64,000 nt of DNA from Gammaproteobacteria bacterium (GCA_035701285.1 DASSNT010000016.1:724-64723), one strand, 5' to 3'; positions 27,483-39,114 are shown, counted from the stretch's first letter. The notes: generated by a model from the sequence alone, not told the origin. A program made the numbers and translations.

Positions 27483-29285
27483 ATGTCTATTCAGGTACTG
27501 CCTGAGCAACTGATTAACCAGATCGCCGCCGGCGAGGTGATCGAGCGGCCGGCTTCGGTCGTCAAGGAGCTGATCGAAAACAGCCTCGATGCCGGGGCCC
27601 GCTCAATCGAGGTCGAGGCGGAGCGGGGCGGCATCAGCCGGATGCTGGTGCGCGACGACGGCTGCGGTATTCCGAAGGCTGAGCTGCCGCTGGCGCTGGC
27701 CCGCCACGCGACCAGCAAAATCGCCGCGCTGGCCGATCTTGAACGGGTCGGCACCCTAGGCTTTCGGGGAGAAGCGCTGCCCAGCATCGGCTCCGTTGCC
27801 GAGCTCAACCTCACTTCCCGTGCCCGCGACGCGGAGGAGGCGTGGACCGTTCGCGCCGATGGCCGCGGCGGCTTAAGCGAGGTGATGCCCGCGGCTCATG
27901 CTCAAGGCGCCAGCGTCGAGGTGCGCGAGCTGTTTTTCAGCGTTCCTGCGCGGCGCAAGTTCCTGCGGACCGAGGCGACCGAGTTCGGGCACCTCGAAAC
28001 GGTCGTTCGTCGCCTCGCATTGAGCCATTACGAAGTCCGCTGGCAGCTCACCCACAACGGCCGGGAAATCTGGCGGCTGCCGGCCTGCGCCGATCGTTCC
28101 GCGCGCGAAGCGCGCATCGGGATGCTGTGCGGCGACGACTTTATCCACGACACGCTCTATATCGAGCACGCCGCGGGCGGCGTCGGGCTCCACGGGTGGA
28201 TCGGCCTGCCGACGGCCGCCCGGGCGCGGACGGATCGGCAATATTTCTACGTCAACGGCCGGATGGTGCGCGACAAGCTCATTGCGCACGCGGTGCGCCA
28301 GGCTTACGACGATGTGCTGTTTCACGGCCGCCATCCCAGCTTCGTGCTGTATCTCGACATCGATCCGGCACTGGTGGACGTTAACGCGCATCCGGCGAAG
28401 CACGAGGTGCGCTTTCGCGACGGCCGGCGCGTGCACGACCAGATTTTTCATGTGCTGCACGAGGCGCTGGCGACAACGCGGCCGACGGCGGCTTCCGCCG
28501 GGGTGACGCCGGCGCCGGTAGTGCGTGACGCGCCGCCGCCGATGCAGACACGGCTGCAGATGACCGAGCGGGGCGGCAGCGTTGCCGAGAGCCTCGCGGC
28601 GTATGTGGCGCTGGGCGCGTCGCAGGAACAGCCCGTGCTGCCGGAACGGCCGCCGGTAGACGCACTGGACGAGTCGCCGCACGGCGAGCCGCCGCACGAC
28701 GAGCCGCCGCTGGGTATTGCCATCGGCCAGTATCGCGGCATCTATATCCTGGCGCAGCGCAGCGACGGCCTGGTGCTGGTCGACATGCACGCTGCGCACG
28801 AGCGGGTGACGTACGAGCAGATGAAGCGATCGCTCGCGAACGGCGGCATCAAGGCGGTGCCGCTGCTGGTGCCAGTGACGGTCGCCTTGACGGCAGCCGA
28901 AGCGGAGCGGTTGTGCGAGGACGCGGCGGAACTGGCGCGGCTCGGGCTGGAGATCGACCGGCTCGGCCCGTCGAGCATCGCGGTGCGCAGTCTGCCGCTC
29001 GAGTTGCGCAACGCCGATGCCGCGGCACTGGTCCGCGAAATCGCCGCTGACCTGATCGCAGAGGGCGGCAGCAAAGGCTTGAGCGGTTCGATTGAACGGG
29101 TGCTGGCGACGCTGGCCTGTCATCGCGCGGTGCGCGCGGGCCGGCAACTGACGCTGGCGGAAATGAACGCGCTGTTGCGCGTAATGGAAACCACCGATCG
29201 GGCGGATCAGTGCAATCACGGGCGACCGACCTGGACGCGGCTCAGCCTTGCGGAGCTCGACAGGCTGTTCCTGCGCGGGCAATAA
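27483..29285 (+). CDS. mutL: DNA mismatch repair protein MutL
   Basis: Start ATG 27483. 'LINQIAAGEVIERPASVVKELIENSLDAGA', 'VRDDGCGI', 'GFRGEALPSI', C-terminal 'CNHGRPT'. Confidence 0.95.
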   Translation: MSIQVLPEQLINQIAAGEVIERPASVVKELIENSLDAGARSIEVEAERGGISRMLVRDDGCGIPKAELPLALARHATSKIAALADLERVGTLGFRGEALPSIGSVAELNLTSRARDAEEAWTVRADGRGGLSEVMPAAHAQGASVEVRELFFSVPARRKFLRTEATEFGHLETVVRRLALSHYEVRWQLTHNGREIWRLPACADRSAREARIGMLCGDDFIHDTLYIEHAAGGVGLHGWIGLPTAARARTDRQYFYVNGRMVRDKLIAHAVRQAYDDVLFHGRHPSFVLYLDIDPALVDVNAHPAKHEVRFRDGRRVHDQIFHVLHEALATTRPTAASAGVTPAPVVRDAPPPMQTRLQMTERGGSVAESLAAYVALGASQEQPVLPERPPVDALDESPHGEPPHDEPPLGIAIGQYRGIYILAQRSDGLVLVDMHAAHERVTYEQMKRSLANGGIKAVPLLVPVTVALTAAEAERLCEDAAELARLGLEIDRLGPSSIAVRSLPLELRNADAAALVREIAADLIAEGGSKGLSGSIERVLATLACHRAVRAGRQLTLAEMNALLRVMETTDRADQCNHGRPTWTRLSLAELDRLFLRGQ

Positions 29286-29287
29286 AA

Positions 29288-29360
29288 AGTGCCTAGTGCT
29301 GAGTACCTAGTGCTGAGTCAAGAACTTCCTCGTCTTTCTCTGAACTCAGTCGCAGGCACT
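29288..29360. repeat. AT-richer mutL-miaA spacer with a tandem 13-mer and an imperfect long hairpin
   Basis: 'cctagtgctgagt' at 29292-29304 and 29306-29318. 'agtgcct' (29288-29294) pairs with 'aggcact' (29354-29360). 'ctgagt' pairs with 'actcag' (29344-29349). Confidence 0.6.
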
Positions 29361-29391
29361 TAGTCCCAGGAACTATGTCACAGCCGTTCCT

Positions 29392-30345
29392 ATGAAAATC
29401 AACTCACCAAAAGATGGCGCGGCGTTACCACCAGCTATCCTACTCATGGGCCCCACCGCGACCGGCAAGTCCGACGCGGCGCTTGCGCTGGCCGCACGGC
29501 TGCCGGCCGAAATCGTCAGCGTCGACTCGGCGATGGTCTATCGCGGCATGGACATCGGCACGGCCAAGCCGACGCCGGACGAGCAGGACGCGGTGCCGCA
29601 TCATCTGATCGATATTCTCGATCCTGCCGAAAGTTATTCCGCGGCGCGGTTTCGTGAAGACGCGCTGGCGGCGATGGACGCGATCACCGAACGCGGCCGG
29701 GTGCCGATCCTCGTCGGCGGCACGCTGCTGTATTTTCGCGCGTTGATGCGAGGGCTTGCGCCGCTGCCGAGCGCCGATCCGGACTATCGTGCCGAACTCG
29801 AGCGGCAGGCCGCTGAAATCGGCTGGCCGGCCCTGCACGCGCGGCTGGCAACGGTCGACGCGGGCGCCGCCGACCGGATCCATCCGAACGATGCGCAACG
29901 CATTCAGCGGGCGCTCGAAGTGCATCACCTGACGGGCGAGGCGATGACCGCCCAATGGCAGCGTGCCCACGCGCCGCCGCCTTACCGGCTTCTGCGGTTC
30001 GGCCTGATGCCGTCGTCGCGGGCACTGTTGCACGAGCGCATCGCAAACCGGTTTCAGGAAATGATCGTGGCCGGCTTTATCGACGAGGTGGCCGAGCTTC
30101 GGGCGAGGCCCGATCTCACGGCGGAGCATCCGTCGATGCGCGCGGTCGGTTACCGGCAGATCTGGGCCTACCTCGACGGGCGGCGCACCCGGGAGGAGGC
30201 TGTCATCGATGGCATCGTCGCGACGCGCCGCTACGCGAAGCGCCAGATGACCTGGTTGCGTTCGGAAGAGGACGTGAGGCTGATCGAGGCCCGCGATCCG
30301 GCGCTGGTCGAGCGTTTAAGCGCCATAGCCGCCGCTGCGCTGTGA
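29392..30345 (+). CDS. miaA: tRNA dimethylallyltransferase
   Basis: '[14 protein letters not shown]', '[19 protein letters not shown]', 'PHHLIDI', 'VGGTLLYF'. Confidence 0.95.
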   Translation: MKINSPKDGAALPPAILLMGPTATGKSDAALALAARLPAEIVSVDSAMVYRGMDIGTAKPTPDEQDAVPHHLIDILDPAESYSAARFREDALAAMDAITERGRVPILVGGTLLYFRALMRGLAPLPSADPDYRAELERQAAEIGWPALHARLATVDAGAADRIHPNDAQRIQRALEVHHLTGEAMTAQWQRAHAPPPYRLLRFGLMPSSRALLHERIANRFQEMIVAGFIDEVAELRARPDLTAEHPSMRAVGYRQIWAYLDGRRTREEAVIDGIVATRRYAKRQMTWLRSEEDVRLIEARDPALVERLSAIAAAAL

Positions 30346-30383
30346 TAGACTCCCCCCTATAGCATAGGTCGTCCCTTAGACCC

Positions 30384-30389
30384 TATAAT
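30384..30389 (+). promoter_or_regulatory. Perfect TATAAT -10 hexamer upstream of hfq (no convincing -35)
   Basis: 'ccctataatt' at 30381-30390, 75 nt upstream of the hfq ATG. hfq has its own strong RBS AAGGAGA at about 30451. Confidence 0.3.
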
Positions 30390-30463
30390 TGTTGCCCTTT
30401 CAGATACGGGCACTGCGTCAGCAGTAAAGGTATAAAACTAGAGCAAAACCAAGGAGAACTGCG

Positions 30464-30706
30464 ATGGCGAAAGGCCAGTCTCTTCAGGAGCCGTTTTTGA
30501 ATGCGCTCCGCAAGGAAAAAATTCCGGTTTCGATCTACCTGGTAAACGGTATCAAGTTGCAGGGTCAGGTGGAGTCGTTCGATCAGTTTGTCGTGTTGTT
30601 GAAGAACAGTGTCAGCCAGATGGTATACAAGCATGCCATTTCGACGGTCGTGCCCGGGCGGCCGGTTCATATCGCGCTGGAAGACGATGGGGACTCGCAC
30701 GACTGA
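30464..30706 (+). CDS. hfq: RNA chaperone Hfq
   Basis: '[57 protein letters not shown]'. 80 aa. Confidence 0.98.
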   Translation: MAKGQSLQEPFLNALRKEKIPVSIYLVNGIKLQGQVESFDQFVVLLKNSVSQMVYKHAISTVVPGRPVHIALEDDGDSHD

Positions 30707-30727
30707 GCGTTTCCCGATGAGAAACGC
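30707..30727 (+). other. Stem-loop immediately after the hfq stop (no U-tract)
   Basis: 'gcgtttc-ccgatga-gaaacgc', 7-bp perfect stem. Possible partial attenuator or processing-protective hairpin between hfq and hflX. Confidence 0.35.
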
Positions 30728-30743
30728 GGCGAGAGGTCGTTGA

Positions 30744-32024
30744 TTGGCGCCCACTGCTGACAGCGCCGAACGAGCCATACTCGTACACCTCGGCATCGAT
30801 CTCGAGCCGGCGCGGGGTTCGGATCTGACGGCCGAGTTCACCGAACTCGCCCGGTCGGCAGGCGCAGAGCCTGTCGCCATCGTGGGTGGTCATCGGCGCG
30901 CGCCTGATCCGCGCTATTTCGTCGGCGCGGGCAAAGTCGCTGAAATACGCGCCGCCGTGGTCGAGCACGGCGCCTCCATCGTGCTGTTCAATCACGCGCT
31001 GTCTCCCAGCCAGGAGCGCAATCTCGAACGCGAACTGAAATGCCGGGTGCTGGGCCGCACCGGCCTTATCCTCGATATCTTCGCGCGCCGCGCGCGTTCG
31101 TTTGAAGGCAAGCTGCAAGTCGAGCTGGCGCAACTCAAGCATCTTTCCACGCGCCTCGTACGGGGCTGGACTCACCTCGAGCGGCAGAAAGGCGGCATCG
31201 GCCTGCGCGGTCCCGGCGAAACCCAGCTCGAGACTGACCGCCGCCTGATCGGCGGCCGCATCAAGCAGCTCAACCACAAGCTCGAACGGGTGCAAAAGCA
31301 GCGCGCCCAAGGCCGGCGCAACCGCCGCCGCCGCGACGTGCCGTCGATTTCTCTGGTCGGCTACACCAATGCTGGCAAGTCCACGCTGTTCAACCGGCTG
31401 ACCGGCGCCGGCGTGTATTCCGCCGACCAGTTGTTCGCAACGCTGGACCCGACGATCCGGCGCCTGCCGCTGGACGAGGCCGGGGAGGCCGTGGTGGCAG
31501 ACACGGTGGGTTTCATCCGCGATCTGCCGCACGATCTCGTCGCGGCGTTTCATTCCACGCTGCAGGAGACCGAGGAAGCCGATCTGCTCTTGCATGTCGT
31601 CGACGCGGCTGACGAGAACCGGTCCGAGCACATGCGCACGGTCAATGAAGTGCTGGCGGAAATCGGCGCGGCGGACGTGCCGCAGATCGAGGTATTCAAC
31701 AAGATTGATCTCGCCGGCCGCGAGGCGGGCTGCGAGTACGGCGATGACGGCCTCGCCAAACGCGTGTGGGTGTCGGCCGAAACCGGTGCGGGGCTCGATT
31801 TGCTGCGCACGGAAATCGCCCGCATCGTTGCCGGCGAAACCATCGGCGGCTGGCTGACGCTGTCGGCCGACCAGGGGCGCCTGCGCTCCAAGCTGTTCGG
31901 GCTCGGCGCTGTACGGGAAGAAGAAGTAACCGGCACCGGCGACTGGCGGCTGAAAGTCCGCCTGCCGCGCCGGGATTACCAGCAGTTGCGGCTCCACGAA
32001 GGCCTCGACCATATCGCCGAGTAA
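30744..32024 (+). CDS. hflX: GTPase HflX
   Basis: TTG start (uncertain). 'SLVGYTNAGKSTLFN', 'DTVGFI', 'NKIDL'. hfq-hflX-hflK-hflC order. Confidence 0.9.
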   Translation: MAPTADSAERAILVHLGIDLEPARGSDLTAEFTELARSAGAEPVAIVGGHRRAPDPRYFVGAGKVAEIRAAVVEHGASIVLFNHALSPSQERNLERELKCRVLGRTGLILDIFARRARSFEGKLQVELAQLKHLSTRLVRGWTHLERQKGGIGLRGPGETQLETDRRLIGGRIKQLNHKLERVQKQRAQGRRNRRRRDVPSISLVGYTNAGKSTLFNRLTGAGVYSADQLFATLDPTIRRLPLDEAGEAVVADTVGFIRDLPHDLVAAFHSTLQETEEADLLLHVVDAADENRSEHMRTVNEVLAEIGAADVPQIEVFNKIDLAGREAGCEYGDDGLAKRVWVSAETGAGLDLLRTEIARIVAGETIGGWLTLSADQGRLRSKLFGLGAVREEEVTGTGDWRLKVRLPRRDYQQLRLHEGLDHIAE

Positions 32025-32101
32025 CCGCGGAAGCCGGATTTTCCGACCCTAGGGATGCTACGATATAGGTTTTGCGCTGCCGCAATCCGGCTGGAGCGGA
32101 A

Positions 32102-33139
32102 ATGAGTTGGAACGAACCCGGAAACGACAAAGATCCTTGGGGAAACAGTCACAAGCCTGGCGACCTCGACGAGCTGATTCGTAACATCCAGCAACGGCTG
32201 AAGGTGATGTTCAATAACAAGCCGGGCAGCAACAAGTCCGGCGGCGGGGCCATGTTCCTGTGGGTCATTCCGTTGCTCGTGGCCGTCTGGTTGCTGAGCG
32301 GTGTATATCGCGTGGACTCGGCGGAACGCGGCGTGGTGCTGCGGTTCGGCGAGTATCAGGCGACCACCGGGCCGGGGCTGCACTGGCACTGGCCGTGGCC
32401 GATGGCGCACGCCGAAATCGTCAACATCGCCCGGGTGCGGCCGTTCAGTTATACCAACGAAATGCTGACGGCGGACGAAAACATTGTGCAGGTGGCGATC
32501 GCGGTGCAATACATCGTCGATGATCCCTACCAGTACCTGTTCGGCGTGCGCATGCCGAACCAGACGCTGGGCGAAGTGGCGGAGAGCGCCATTCGGCAGG
32601 TGGTCGGCCGTCACAAGATGGACTTCATTCTCGGCAAGGGCCAGAGCGAAGTCGCGGCGGCGGCCAAGGCGCAGATGCAGTCGGTGCTCGACCGCTACAA
32701 CGCCGGGCTGAAGGTGCTGTCCGTCAACCTGCAGAAGGATCAACCGCCACGGGAGGTGCAGGAGGCATTTGACGACGTCAACAAGGCGCGGGAAGACAAG
32801 CAGCGCCTGCAGAACGAAGCGCAGGCCTATGCGAACTCGATCGTTCCGAAAGCCAAGGGCCAGGCCGCTCATATCGTTCAGGACGCCGAGGCTTATCGAG
32901 CCAAGGTGGTTGCCGAGGCCAAAGGCCGCAGCAATCGTTTCGAAGCGATACTGGCGCAGTACAAGAAGGCGCCCGACGTAACCCGCACGCGACTCTATAT
33001 CGACGGCATCGAGGCGGTGCTGGAGGACACGCCGAAGGTGCTGGTCGATCCAAGCGCGAAAGGCAGCCTGCTGTACATGCCGCTCGACAGGCTGTTCAAG
33101 TCGGCACCTAAGAGCATGAACAAGGAGGGCGCACAATGA
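32102..33139 (+). CDS. hflK: FtsH protease modulator HflK
   Basis: Start ATG 32102 ('MSWNEPGNDKDPWG'). SPFH/band-7 domain. Confidence 0.92.
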   Translation: MSWNEPGNDKDPWGNSHKPGDLDELIRNIQQRLKVMFNNKPGSNKSGGGAMFLWVIPLLVAVWLLSGVYRVDSAERGVVLRFGEYQATTGPGLHWHWPWPMAHAEIVNIARVRPFSYTNEMLTADENIVQVAIAVQYIVDDPYQYLFGVRMPNQTLGEVAESAIRQVVGRHKMDFILGKGQSEVAAAAKAQMQSVLDRYNAGLKVLSVNLQKDQPPREVQEAFDDVNKAREDKQRLQNEAQAYANSIVPKAKGQAAHIVQDAEAYRAKVVAEAKGRSNRFEAILAQYKKAPDVTRTRLYIDGIEAVLEDTPKVLVDPSAKGSLLYMPLDRLFKSAPKSMNKEGAQ

Positions 33140-34017
33140 GCACCAAGTGGCTAGTGACTCTCGTTGCCATCGCGGTGGCGCTTTTTCTGCTGAACCTGTC
33201 GATATTTACCGTCAACCCGGCGCAGTCGGCCATCATGCTGCGCTTCGGCGACATCGTGCAGGCGGACTTCGAACCAGGGCTGCATTTCAAGACGCCGTTC
33301 GTAAACAAGGTGGTGCGCTTCGACAACCGCGTGCTGACGCTCGACAGCCCGCCGGAGCGGTTTTTGACGGTCAACAAAAAGAACCTGCTGGTCGATTATT
33401 TCGCCAAATGGAAAATCACCGATCCGGTGACGTTCTACCGCGCCACCGGCGGCAATGAGAACACGGCGCGGGCGCGCCTGGGGGAGATCGTCAAGAACGA
33501 GCTGCGGGCGGAATTCGGCACGCGTACCGTTCAGCAGGCCGTTACCGGTGAACGCTCCGAATTAATGAAGGAGCTGCGCGTCGAGGCGAACAAGTCAACT
33601 GACGATTTCGGCGTCGCGATCGTCGACGTGCGCATCAAGCGCATCGACCTGCCAACGGAAGTGAGCGGCGCGGTGTTCGACCGGATGCGCTCCGAACGTG
33701 CGCAGGTTGCACAGCGTTATCGCGCCGAGGGAGCAAAGCTCGCCGAGCAGATTCGCGCCAGGGCGGACAAGCAGCGCACGATTATTCTGGCCGAAGCGCA
33801 ACAGAAAGCGCAGGAAATCCGCGGCCAGGGCGATGCGGCTGCCTCGGCGATCTATGCGGCGGCATACAACCGGGATCCGGAGTTTTACACCTTCTACCGC
33901 AGCCTGCGCGCCTATCGCCAGGGGCTGGATAGCAACAACAGCGTGCTGGTGCTGAGTCCGGACAGTACGTTCTTTCATTACCTGGAATCGCCGGCCCCGT
34001 GTGGAAAGAACTGCTGA
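33136..34017 (+). CDS. hflC: FtsH protease modulator HflC
   Basis: ATGA overlap with hflK. Single N-terminal TM plus SPFH domain. Confidence 0.92.
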   Translation: MSTKWLVTLVAIAVALFLLNLSIFTVNPAQSAIMLRFGDIVQADFEPGLHFKTPFVNKVVRFDNRVLTLDSPPERFLTVNKKNLLVDYFAKWKITDPVTFYRATGGNENTARARLGEIVKNELRAEFGTRTVQQAVTGERSELMKELRVEANKSTDDFGVAIVDVRIKRIDLPTEVSGAVFDRMRSERAQVAQRYRAEGAKLAEQIRARADKQRTIILAEAQQKAQEIRGQGDAAASAIYAAAYNRDPEFYTFYRSLRAYRQGLDSNNSVLVLSPDSTFFHYLESPAPCGKNC

Positions 34018-34184
34018 TCGCGGTTGCGCTCGTACTGGTGATCGAAGGCGTGATGCCGTTTTTGAATCCAGCCGGTCTGCGCCGCACGCTCGCGTTGCTG
34101 ACTGAAATTGATGATCGCTATATCCGCGCCGCCGGCCTCAGCAGCATGCTGGCAGGCGTTGTTCTCCTCTACGTGATTCACTAA
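33999..34184 (+). CDS. DUF2065 (YjeT-like) small membrane protein
   Basis: 61 aa, two TM helices. 'LVLVIEGVMPFLNP' motif. Same position (hflC-yjeT-purA) as in E. coli. GTG start overlapping the hflC end. Confidence 0.75.
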   Translation: MWKELLIAVALVLVIEGVMPFLNPAGLRRTLALLTEIDDRYIRAAGLSSMLAGVVLLYVIH

Positions 34185-35501
<1,317 letters not shown>

Positions 35502-35503
35502 CG

Positions 35504-36229
35504 ATGCCACTGTTGGGCGTCAATATCGACCACATCGCAACGCTGCGCCAGGCACGCGGCACGCGCTATCCCGATCCTGTTGACGCCGCTTTTATCGCCG
35601 AGCGTGCAGGCGCCGACAGCATTACGCTGCATCTGCGCGAGGATCGTCGCCATATTCAGGACCGCGACGTGCGGCTACTGAAACAAACGCTGACAACGCC
35701 AATGAACCTGGAACTGGCCGCTGCCGACGAGGTGCTGGCGATCGCGGTCGATGTCGCACCGGAACATTGCTGCCTGGTGCCGGAGAGACGCGAAGAGTTG
35801 ACCACCGAGGGCGGACTCGACGTCAAGGGGCAGTTGAATCATATTGGCGATGCTTGTACTCGGCTGGCCGCCGCTGGGGTAACCGTTTCGTTGTTCATCA
35901 ATCCCGATGGGGCTCAGATCGACGCCGCCGCCGAACTGCGTGCGCCGGTTGTCGAGATCCATACCGGCCGCTACGCCGATGCGGCGACTGCCGCAGAACG
36001 CGAGGCGGAGTTCGAGCGTGTGCGTCGGGCCGTCGAGTATGCAGCCGGACGCGGATTGACGGTCAATGCGGGTCACGGGCTGCATTATCACAACGTCAGT
36101 CAGGTAGCCGCGCTGCCGGCAATGAACGAACTCAATATCGGGCACGCGATCATATCTCGCGCGGTGATTAGTGGCCTTGATGCCGCAGTACGCTACATGA
36201 AATCCCTGCTCGAGAGAGCAGCAGCGTGA
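35504..36229 (+). CDS. pdxJ: Pyridoxine 5'-phosphate synthase
   Basis: '[16 protein letters not shown]', '[12 protein letters not shown]', 'CLVPE', 'VEIHTG', 'NAGHGL'. Confidence 0.95.
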   Translation: MPLLGVNIDHIATLRQARGTRYPDPVDAAFIAERAGADSITLHLREDRRHIQDRDVRLLKQTLTTPMNLELAAADEVLAIAVDVAPEHCCLVPERREELTTEGGLDVKGQLNHIGDACTRLAAAGVTVSLFINPDGAQIDAAAELRAPVVEIHTGRYADAATAAEREAEFERVRRAVEYAAGRGLTVNAGHGLHYHNVSQVAALPAMNELNIGHAIISRAVISGLDAAVRYMKSLLERAAA

Positions 36230-36615
36230 TCTTCGGCGTCGGCACCGATCTGGTCGAAATCGCGCGCATCGAGCGCACCTACGAGCGCCACGGCGAACGC
36301 TTCGTCAACCATTTGCTCACCGACCGCGAGCGCGCGCTGTTCGAAGAAAACAAGCGGCCGGTGCGATTTCTGGCAATGCATTTCGCCGCGAAAGAGGCCA
36401 TCGTCAAGGCGATGGGCACCGGATTCGCTCACGGCGTCTGGATTCGCGATATCGGATTTTATCCGGATGCGTGGGGCAAACCGTGCGTCGAAATGTCGCC
36501 GCGCGCACTGGAGGTCTGCCGCCGCCTTGGCGCCGGCGAAGGTTTTGTCAGCCTGAGCGACGAAAAAGGGCTGGCGCAGGCATTCGCAGTGCTGATGCGG
36601 GCTGACGCGGCATAA
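36226..36615 (+). CDS. acpS: Holo-[acyl-carrier-protein] synthase
   Basis: GTG start overlapping the pdxJ stop. '[12 protein letters not shown]', '[10 protein letters not shown]'. Confidence 0.9.
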   Translation: MIFGVGTDLVEIARIERTYERHGERFVNHLLTDRERALFEENKRPVRFLAMHFAAKEAIVKAMGTGFAHGVWIRDIGFYPDAWGKPCVEMSPRALEVCRRLGAGEGFVSLSDEKGLAQAFAVLMRADAA

Positions 36616-36659
36616 CAAGGCAACCACGTGCCGGACGCATTTGCTAGACTGCCTGCCCT

Positions 36660-37454
36660 ATGAACGTCCTCGCATTCGATATAGAAACCGTGCCGGATGT
36701 CGAATCCGGGCGCCGGCTGTACCAGCTCGATGGTCTGGATGACGCCGATACCGCGCGGGCGATGTTGCATCGCCGCCGGCAGCGGACCGGTGGCAGCGAA
36801 TTCCTGCCGCTGCATCTGCATCGCGTCGTCGCGATTTCGGTTGCGATGGCCAATCGCGACGGTTTCAAGGTGTGGTCGCTCGGCGATCCCGCTTCGGACG
36901 AGCGCGAGCTGGTCAGCCGTTTTTTTGACGGCATCGACCGATTCTCGCCCGACCTGGTGTCGTGGAACGGTGGCGGCTTCGACCTGCCGGTATTGCACTA
37001 CCGCGCCATGCTCCACGGCATCGCTGCGCCGCGCTACTGGGAAACCGGCGACGGCGAGCAGACGTTTCGCTGGAACAATTACCTGTCGCGCTACCACTGG
37101 CGGCATCTGGACCTGATGGACGTGCTGTCGAGTTTCCAGATGCGCGCCGTGGCGCCGCTCGATGAAGTGGCCGTTATGCTCGGGTTGCCCGGTAAGCTCG
37201 GCATGCATGGCAGCAAGGTCTGGGATGCATGGCTGGACGGCGAGATTGATGCGATTCGCAATTACTGTGAAACCGACGCGCTCAACACATTCTTGATTTA
37301 CCTGCGCTTCGAGTTGATGCGCGGGCGACTCGGGTCGGACGGTTATCGGCAACGCTGCGAACAGATTCGCTCGGCGCTGCTGGACGACGGCCGCGCGCAC
37401 CTCAAGCAGTTCGTGGACGCCTGGATCGTCCCGGCAGAGGAGGGCGCGGCGTGA
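36660..37454 (+). CDS. Predicted 3'-5' exonuclease related to the PolB exonuclease domain (RNase H-like, PF10108-type)
   Basis: DEDD-type motifs 'AFDIETVPD' (ExoI), 'SWNGGGFDLPVL' (ExoII), 'NYCETDAL' (ExoIII). 264 aa. Confidence 0.75.
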   Translation: MNVLAFDIETVPDVESGRRLYQLDGLDDADTARAMLHRRRQRTGGSEFLPLHLHRVVAISVAMANRDGFKVWSLGDPASDERELVSRFFDGIDRFSPDLVSWNGGGFDLPVLHYRAMLHGIAAPRYWETGDGEQTFRWNNYLSRYHWRHLDLMDVLSSFQMRAVAPLDEVAVMLGLPGKLGMHGSKVWDAWLDGEIDAIRNYCETDALNTFLIYLRFELMRGRLGSDGYRQRCEQIRSALLDDGRAHLKQFVDAWIVPAEEGAA

Positions 37455-38503
37455 CCATCGGTCCATTGATGGTCGACATCGCCGGCCTCGCGCTCGACGA
37501 CGAGGATCGTGAGGTACTGGCACATCCGCTGGTTGGCGGCGTGATCCTGTTTTCACGCAATTACGAGAACCTGCCGCAACTCGAGGCTCTGACGGCGGAA
37601 ATCCACGCCATCAAAACGCCGCCGCTGTTGATTGCTGTCGATCAGGAAGGCGGGCGCGTGCAGCGCTTCCGCGAAGGGTTTACCCGCCTGCCGCCGTTGC
37701 GGCTGATCGGCAACGGTTATGCGCAAAATCCGAAGCTGTCGGCCGAACTGGCCGAGACTGCGGGCTGGACGATGGCGGCGGAACTGGCCGCTGTCGGCAT
37801 CGACTTCAGCTTTGCGCCGGTCGTGGATATCGACACGGGCGTCAGCGGCGTCATTGGCGACCGCGCTTTCCACAGGGATCCGGAGATCGTCGCGGCGCTT
37901 GCGCGGGCGTGGGTAAATGGCGTCCGGCGCGCGGGACAAATCACGGTGGCCAAGCACTTCCCGGGCCACGGGTCGGTCGCGCCCGATTCGCATACCGAGG
38001 TCGTTGAAGATCCGCGCGAGTACGACGCGATTGCGAAAGACGATCTTGCGCCATTTCGTCGGATGATCGCGCTGGATGTAGCCGCTGTCATGATGGCGCA
38101 CGTGATTTATCCGGCAGTCGATGAGGAGCCGGCCAGCCTGTCGCGCCGCTGGATTAAAGAAGAACTTCGTCACCGGATGAACTTCAACGGCGCCGTCTTC
38201 TGCGACGATCTGAGCATGCACGCCGTCGCCGCCCGTGGTGATGTCATCGACATCGCCCGGCAGGCGTTAACGGCTGGCTGCGACATGCTGCCAGTGTGCA
38301 ACAACAGGGCTACAGTGGAACGGTTGCTGGAGCACAGCGGCGCCTATGAGAATCCGAATTCGCGCCTGCGCCTGGCGCGTCTGCACGGCCGGCCGCAGAT
38401 GGATCGCGCCGAGCTGAAGGCGAGCGACCAGTGGCAGAAGAGCCAGCGGTTGCTGGCTGGATTGATGGAGCGGCCGCAGGGCGAATTTAATCTTCATGAA
38501 TAA
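37451..38503 (+). CDS. nagZ: Beta-N-acetylhexosaminidase (peptidoglycan recycling)
   Basis: GTGA overlap with the preceding gene. 'VGGVILFSRNY', 'IAVDQEGGRVQRF', 'KHFPGHG', 'FCDDLSM'. Confidence 0.93.
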   Translation: MTIGPLMVDIAGLALDDEDREVLAHPLVGGVILFSRNYENLPQLEALTAEIHAIKTPPLLIAVDQEGGRVQRFREGFTRLPPLRLIGNGYAQNPKLSAELAETAGWTMAAELAAVGIDFSFAPVVDIDTGVSGVIGDRAFHRDPEIVAALARAWVNGVRRAGQITVAKHFPGHGSVAPDSHTEVVEDPREYDAIAKDDLAPFRRMIALDVAAVMMAHVIYPAVDEEPASLSRRWIKEELRHRMNFNGAVFCDDLSMHAVAARGDVIDIARQALTAGCDMLPVCNNRATVERLLEHSGAYENPNSRLRLARLHGRPQMDRAELKASDQWQKSQRLLAGLMERPQGEFNLHE

Positions 38504-38526
38504 AACGAAGATAATTCGGTAACTTA

Positions 38527-39114
38527 TTGATGGAACAGGCAAAACTACTAAATGAAATAGCGGCCGTGCAGGCCGGCGCAGAGCTCCTTCATCCCCCATC
38601 GGCAGTGCGCGCCGCGGTCGATCGAATGGCATCCGTGGTGCGCGAGCGGCTTGCGGCGAGGAACCCCCTGCTGCTGTGCGTGATGACCGGCGGCGTGATG
38701 ACCACCACCTGGCTTGCCGAGCGCCTGGATTTCCCGCTGCAGATCGACTACGTGCACCTGACGCGCTACGACGGTGATACGAGCGGCAGCAATGAACCCA
38801 AGTGGCTGGCCAAGCCACGATTCGCGCTGGCCGGCCGGCATGTGCTCCTGGTTGACGATATCTACGATGAAGGCGTCACGCTGCGCCGCCTGATCGACTA
38901 TTGCCGCAGCCAGGGTGCGGCCGATGTCGCCAGCGCGGTGCTTGTGCGCAAGCGCCATGACCGCAACCGCGGCGGCATCGAACCGGATATCGTCGGCCTG
39001 GAAGTCGACGACCGCTACGTGTTCGGGTGCGGCCTCGACTACAAGAACTACCTGCGCAATCTGCCGGCGATTTACGCCGTTACCGAAACAACTGAAACAG
39101 GGAACGATTCATGA
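38527..39114 (+). CDS. Hypoxanthine/guanine phosphoribosyltransferase-like protein
   Basis: PRPP-binding 'VLLVDDIYDEGVTL', 'VFGCGLDYKNYLRNLP'. Start is TTG 38527 or ATG 38530. Confidence 0.85.
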   Translation: MMEQAKLLNEIAAVQAGAELLHPPSAVRAAVDRMASVVRERLAARNPLLLCVMTGGVMTTTWLAERLDFPLQIDYVHLTRYDGDTSGSNEPKWLAKPRFALAGRHVLLVDDIYDEGVTLRRLIDYCRSQGAADVASAVLVRKRHDRNRGGIEPDIVGLEVDDRYVFGCGLDYKNYLRNLPAIYAVTETTETGNDS

